This document shows positions 61,701 through 64,000 of a stretch of 64,000 bases of DNA, piece by piece. Numbering within the stretch: position 1 is the stretch's first letter; every line of letters starts with the position of its first letter. Source of the DNA: Podarcis muralis (lineage: Eukaryota); contig NC_135657.1 in NCBI RefSeq assembly GCF_964188315.1, positions 806,001-870,000 of the forward strand. Reading direction: 5' to 3'. Made by a program: the position numbers and the translations under genes. Under the pieces are notes generated by a model. That model was not told where the DNA came from and did not search any database. It worked only from the letters and a program-made list of their open reading frames with translations.

Positions 61701-63193
61701 ATCTGGGGACCCACAGGTGGAGAACCGCTGCTCTAACCACTACTCAACACTTGTAAGTCCTAGACATTGATACAGAATTGTCACACACTGCCCTTATTGA
61801 ATTTCACTGCCGTTTGACTCAGCAACGTATATTCTCCACTGTCATGGATGCAGAAATTCCTGCATTGCAGGGGGTTGGACTAGATGACTCTTGGGGTCCC
61901 TTCTTTGATTCTGCCCCTCTGCCCCAAAACCTGCCAGCTGCTGAGCCTTAAATGGCTCCACTTACTCGTTAAATTAAGACTTGGCTATTCTTTTGTCGTG
62001 CTACTTATTAATGTCAGAAGGCAATGTATTACTAAAAGTAGGGAAAGAGTCCTGGGAAAAAATCTAGGAGTGGAAATTCCCCAGCCCTCCTCTCCCCTCT
62101 TGGAAAGGGCGTCAGGGGTGAGGATGGGACCAGCACCCAAGTCCTGCCCATGCCAGAGCCACGTGCCAGGCTGGCTTCCACCCTGGGGTCCCTGACTTCC
62201 CTGGAGGAGGATGGATGGATCCTGCAAGACAAGGAGCCCATCACAGATGTGTGGCGCTGAAAGGGACCCAGCGGGTCATCTAGTCTGACCCCAGTCCAAA
62301 GGACACCCGGCTGCCTCCTTTGCCAAGGTGCTGGGCAAAGGGCTCATGACCTCGCCCACCCTCCCCTGAAGGAGACCCACAAGCCTCCCCCCCCCCCCAC
62401 CGGGACACTTACTCTGCGGCGTGGCCAGGTGCCAGGGAGCCCATGAAGGCGCAGGGGGCGCCCAGCAGGGCCAGGACGGTGCAGGTGTTGGAAGCGTTGC
62501 CCCCGCGCTGCCATCGCTGAGACAGGCACCTGCCAGCCAGGGAGGAAGGAAGGAAGGAAGCAAGGAAGGAAGGAAGGCCGTTTGTCCCGGGTGCAGTGCA
62601 GCGGGCGGGACTAGATGACCCCCGGGGGTCCCTTCCAACTGGGCTCGAAGGAAGGGAGCCAAGCCGGCAGCTCAGCGGGGACAGGGAAGCCGCGCGCCCA
62701 CCGCCCGCCCGCCACTGGCACCCGGCGCGTCCCCAGGCCGGGCGCCTTCCAGCTCCCGGGTGCCAAGGCAGAGCCAGCCACCCGCCCGCGGGGAGCCTGG
62801 CATCTTTCCCCAGTGCCAGCTCGGCCCGAGACCATGAGTGCCCAGGGCGCTGGTGCCATGCAGCGTGCATGGCCCGGGCTCCTGCCTGCGGGATCCTGGG
62901 CAGACCCTCCGCCCGCCCGCGGGGAGCCTGGCATCTTTCCCCAGCCGGCGAGGGCGCACGAGTGCCAGCTCGCTCCGAGACCAGGCGTGCCCAGGGCAGT
63001 GGTGCCATGCAGCGTGCATGGCCCTGGCACCCAAAGTGGCTGGTGCCCGGCCCCTTCGTGGGGCATGTGGTGGGTGCCCGGGCACCTCTGCCAGGGGGTA
63101 CCTAGTGTCCGAGTCCTCGGCCGGGTATCTCTCCACCACGCTGATGATGTCGAGGCACACCAGCCCCACGCACAGCACCCGCTTCTCGCCCAT
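45852..63193 (-). CDS. KHK: Ketohexokinase (PfkB family), 298 aa; join(complement 63102..63193,62413..62529,[58676..58810 OR 58464..58598],53260..53332,51740..51886,49127..49215,47722..47879,45852..45937)
   Basis: [56 protein letters not shown], PfkB signature [13 protein letters not shown]-terminus [11 protein letters not shown]. With one exon 3 the CDS is 897 nt. Confidence 0.97.
46290..47100 (-). mobile_element. Two adjacent CR1 LINE fragments
   Basis: [17 protein letters not shown]...; [19 protein letters not shown]; [12 protein letters not shown]. Confidence 0.75.
49836..50400 (+). mobile_element. LTR-like element interrupted by a MITE
   Basis: TATAA at 49903-49907; AATAAA is restored when the MITE and one TA are removed; boundaries uncertain. 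Confidence 0.4.
50048..50273. mobile_element. Tigger-like MITE, family 1
   Basis: Same TIRs and body; TA on both sides. Confidence 0.9.
50925..51692 (+). mobile_element. Rex1/Babar-like LINE 3' end, interrupted by a Sauria SINE
   Basis: [22 protein letters not shown]...[17 protein letters not shown]...[15 protein letters not shown]; tail GGACAATGACAATAAAGA-(TATCG). A short reverse copy of this tail is at about 1815-1860. Confidence 0.78.
51206..51525 (+). mobile_element. Sauria SINE inserted in a Rex1/Babar-like LINE
   Basis: Perfect 13-bp duplication TAAGGTAGTCTCT at 51193-51205 and 51526-51538. Confidence 0.9.
53764..54364. mobile_element. Tc1/mariner-type non-autonomous DNA transposon (about 600 bp)
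   Basis: TA-CAGT...TTGGTTC left end, GAGAACCAAGGGACCACTG-TA right end; AT-rich interior. Confidence 0.65.
54452..54699. mobile_element. hAT-type MITE
   Basis: TIR CAGGGGCGTAG / CTACACCCCTG; 8-bp duplication (C/T)TCTGAGC. Confidence 0.75.
56119..56470 (-). mobile_element. Sauria SINE
   Basis: Full-length body with head and tail. Confidence 0.88.
56483..56572. mobile_element. 90-bp hAT-type MITE
   Basis: TIR CATAGCTGTCAAC / GTTGACAGCTATG; 8-bp duplication (T/G)TTCAGGC. Confidence 0.8.
57407..57573. mobile_element. Tc2/pogo-like MITE sharing a TA with the next MITE
   Basis: TIR CTGTATTTTTCC / GGAAAAATACAG with TA flanks; internal TATAAGAC repeats. Confidence 0.75.
57624..57974 (-). mobile_element. 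Sauria SINE nested in a Tc1/mariner-type MITE
   Basis: Full body; MITE sequence on both sides (57576-57623 and 57975-58172). Confidence 0.85.
58464..58598 (-). CDS. KHK: KHK alternative exon 3C-like (135 nt)
   Basis: [44 protein letters not shown]; aag acceptor, gtaagg donor, phase 2/2; resembles human exon 3c (DFRRRGVDVSQV...NGNRTI). Confidence 0.88.
58676..58810 (-). CDS. KHK: KHK alternative exon 3A-like (135 nt)
   Basis: [44 protein letters not shown]; cag acceptor, gtgctt donor, phase 2/2; resembles human exon 3a and is first in transcript order. Confidence 0.88.
58890..59540 (+). mobile_element. L2-type LINE 3' end, second subfamily
   Basis: [32 protein letters not shown]...[22 protein letters not shown]...[14 protein letters not shown]. 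Related copies at about 8620-9100 and 23930-24190. Confidence 0.82.
59597..59857. mobile_element. hAT/Charlie-like non-autonomous element
   Basis: Ends CAGGGTCAGCAAAC / GTTTGCCTACCCATG; body recalled as a common lizard hAT derivative. Confidence 0.55.
59896..60248 (-). mobile_element. Sauria SINE
   Basis: Full-length body. Confidence 0.88.
61595..61730. mobile_element. hAT-type palindromic MITE nested in a MIR-like SINE
   Basis: Ends CAGCGGCTCTC / GAGAACCGCTG; perfect 8-bp duplication CTCTAACC (61587-94, 61731-38). Confidence 0.85.
62781..63024. repeat. GC-rich tandem duplication in KHK intron 1 (two copies, period about 130)
   Basis: CCCGCCCGCGGGGAGCCTGGCATCTTTCCCCAG and GGTGCCATGCAGCGTGCATGGCCC each occur twice. 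Confidence 0.85.
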
Positions 63194-63400
63194 GGGCGCC
63201 GCTGCTGCCAGCCCGGCCCGCTGCTCCCAGGCTCCACTCGCCCAGCGCAGGCAGGCAGCGCACTCGGCAGCCATTGGCCGGCCCGCGCCCCGCCCGCCTC
63301 CCGGGGCTCATGCAAATCGCCGCCTCCCTATTGGCCGGGCGGGGCAACGCCCCTTCTCTGGCCAGCCCCGCCCCGGGATGTGGGGCCGCCAATCAGGAGG
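63194..63400 (-). promoter_or_regulatory. KHK TATA-less promoter
   Basis: Three CCAAT/ATTGG boxes (about 63273, 63330, 63389), several GC boxes, ATGCAAAT at 63310-63317. Confidence 0.65.
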
Positions 63401-63521
63401 ATGGGGGAGCAAAGATGTACATTGGGAACAAAGGAGGGGATTCCTGCGCCTGCAGAACCGAGTTAGAGATGAGCTCGCAGTATCTCCAAATCTGGGAGAG
63501 CTGTGCACAGCTATGCACCAA

Positions 63522-64000
63522 ATAATTTGAAGCTCAACATCAAAAAAATGAAGATCGTGGCCACTGGTCCCATCACCTCCTGGCAAATAGAAGGGGAAGA
63601 AATGGAGGCAGTGAGAGATTTGACTTTCTTGGGCTCCATGATCACTGCAGATGGTGACAGCAGCCACGAAATTAAAAGACACCTGCTTCTTGGGAGAAAA
63701 GCAATGACAAACCTAGACAGCATCTTCAAAAGCAGAGACATCACCTTGCCCACAAAGGTCCGTATAGTTCAAGCCATGGTTTTCCCAGTCGTGATGTATG
63801 CAAGTGAGAGCTGGACCATCAAGAAGGCAGATCGCCGAAGAATGGATGCTTTTGAATTCTGATGCTGGAGGAGACTCTTGAGAGTCCCATGGACTGCAAG
63901 AAGATCAAACACATCCATTCTGAAGGAAATCAGCCCTGAGGGCTCACTGGAAGGACAGATCCTGAAGCTGAGGCTCCAAGACTTTGGCCACCTCATGAGA
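63522..64000 (+). mobile_element. BovB LINE reverse-transcriptase fragment running off the window end
   Basis: LKLNIKKMKIVATGPITSWQIEGEEME...[30 protein letters not shown]; in-frame stop at 63860-63862. Confidence 0.9.

Noticed and set aside
1955-61890. Dozens of GGACTAGATGACC...GGTCCCTTCCAACTCT...ATTCT motifs as a novel dispersed regulatory element
   Set aside because: They match the 3' tail shared by CR1 LINEs and a CR1-mobilised SINE; ordinary 5'-truncated insertions.
62600-63520. ChREBP carbohydrate-response element near the KHK promoter
   Set aside because: Looked by eye for CAYGNG-N5-CNCRTG and found no convincing match.
62409-63530. 200-283 aa ORFs around KHK exon 1
   Set aside because: CpG island and tandem duplication; only exons 1 and 2 match KHK.

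Overview
Vertebrate genomic DNA, most likely a lacertid lizard (inferred from Sauria SINEs, BovB and squamate-type L2/CR1 repeats); not prokaryotic and no CRISPR. The window holds a conserved syntenic block in the same order and relative orientation as human chr2p23, read in reverse: the 3' half of SLC5A6 (+), TCF23 (-), PREB/SEC12 (+), ABHD1 (-), CGREF1 (+) and KHK (-). I traced the coding exons by hand using GT-AG boundaries and reading-frame continuity. Introns and intergenic DNA are dense with SINEs, LINE fragments, MITEs and two LTR-like pieces, often nested. Most notable: (1) KHK keeps two intact 135-nt alternative exons (3A-like and 3C-like) separated by a 77-nt intron whose best branch point is only 45 nt from the upstream donor; (2) a very young Penelope-like element in an SLC5A6 intron forms a perfect hairpin of at least 331 bp and ends in a hammerhead ribozyme motif in the host sense strand; (3) the first introns of PREB, ABHD1 and KHK each carry a separate GC-rich 130-170 bp tandem repeat, and the PREB one multiplies the branch-point region. 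I found no evidence of a wholly new protein-coding system. Repeat-family names come from recall of consensus features, and repeat boundaries are approximate.
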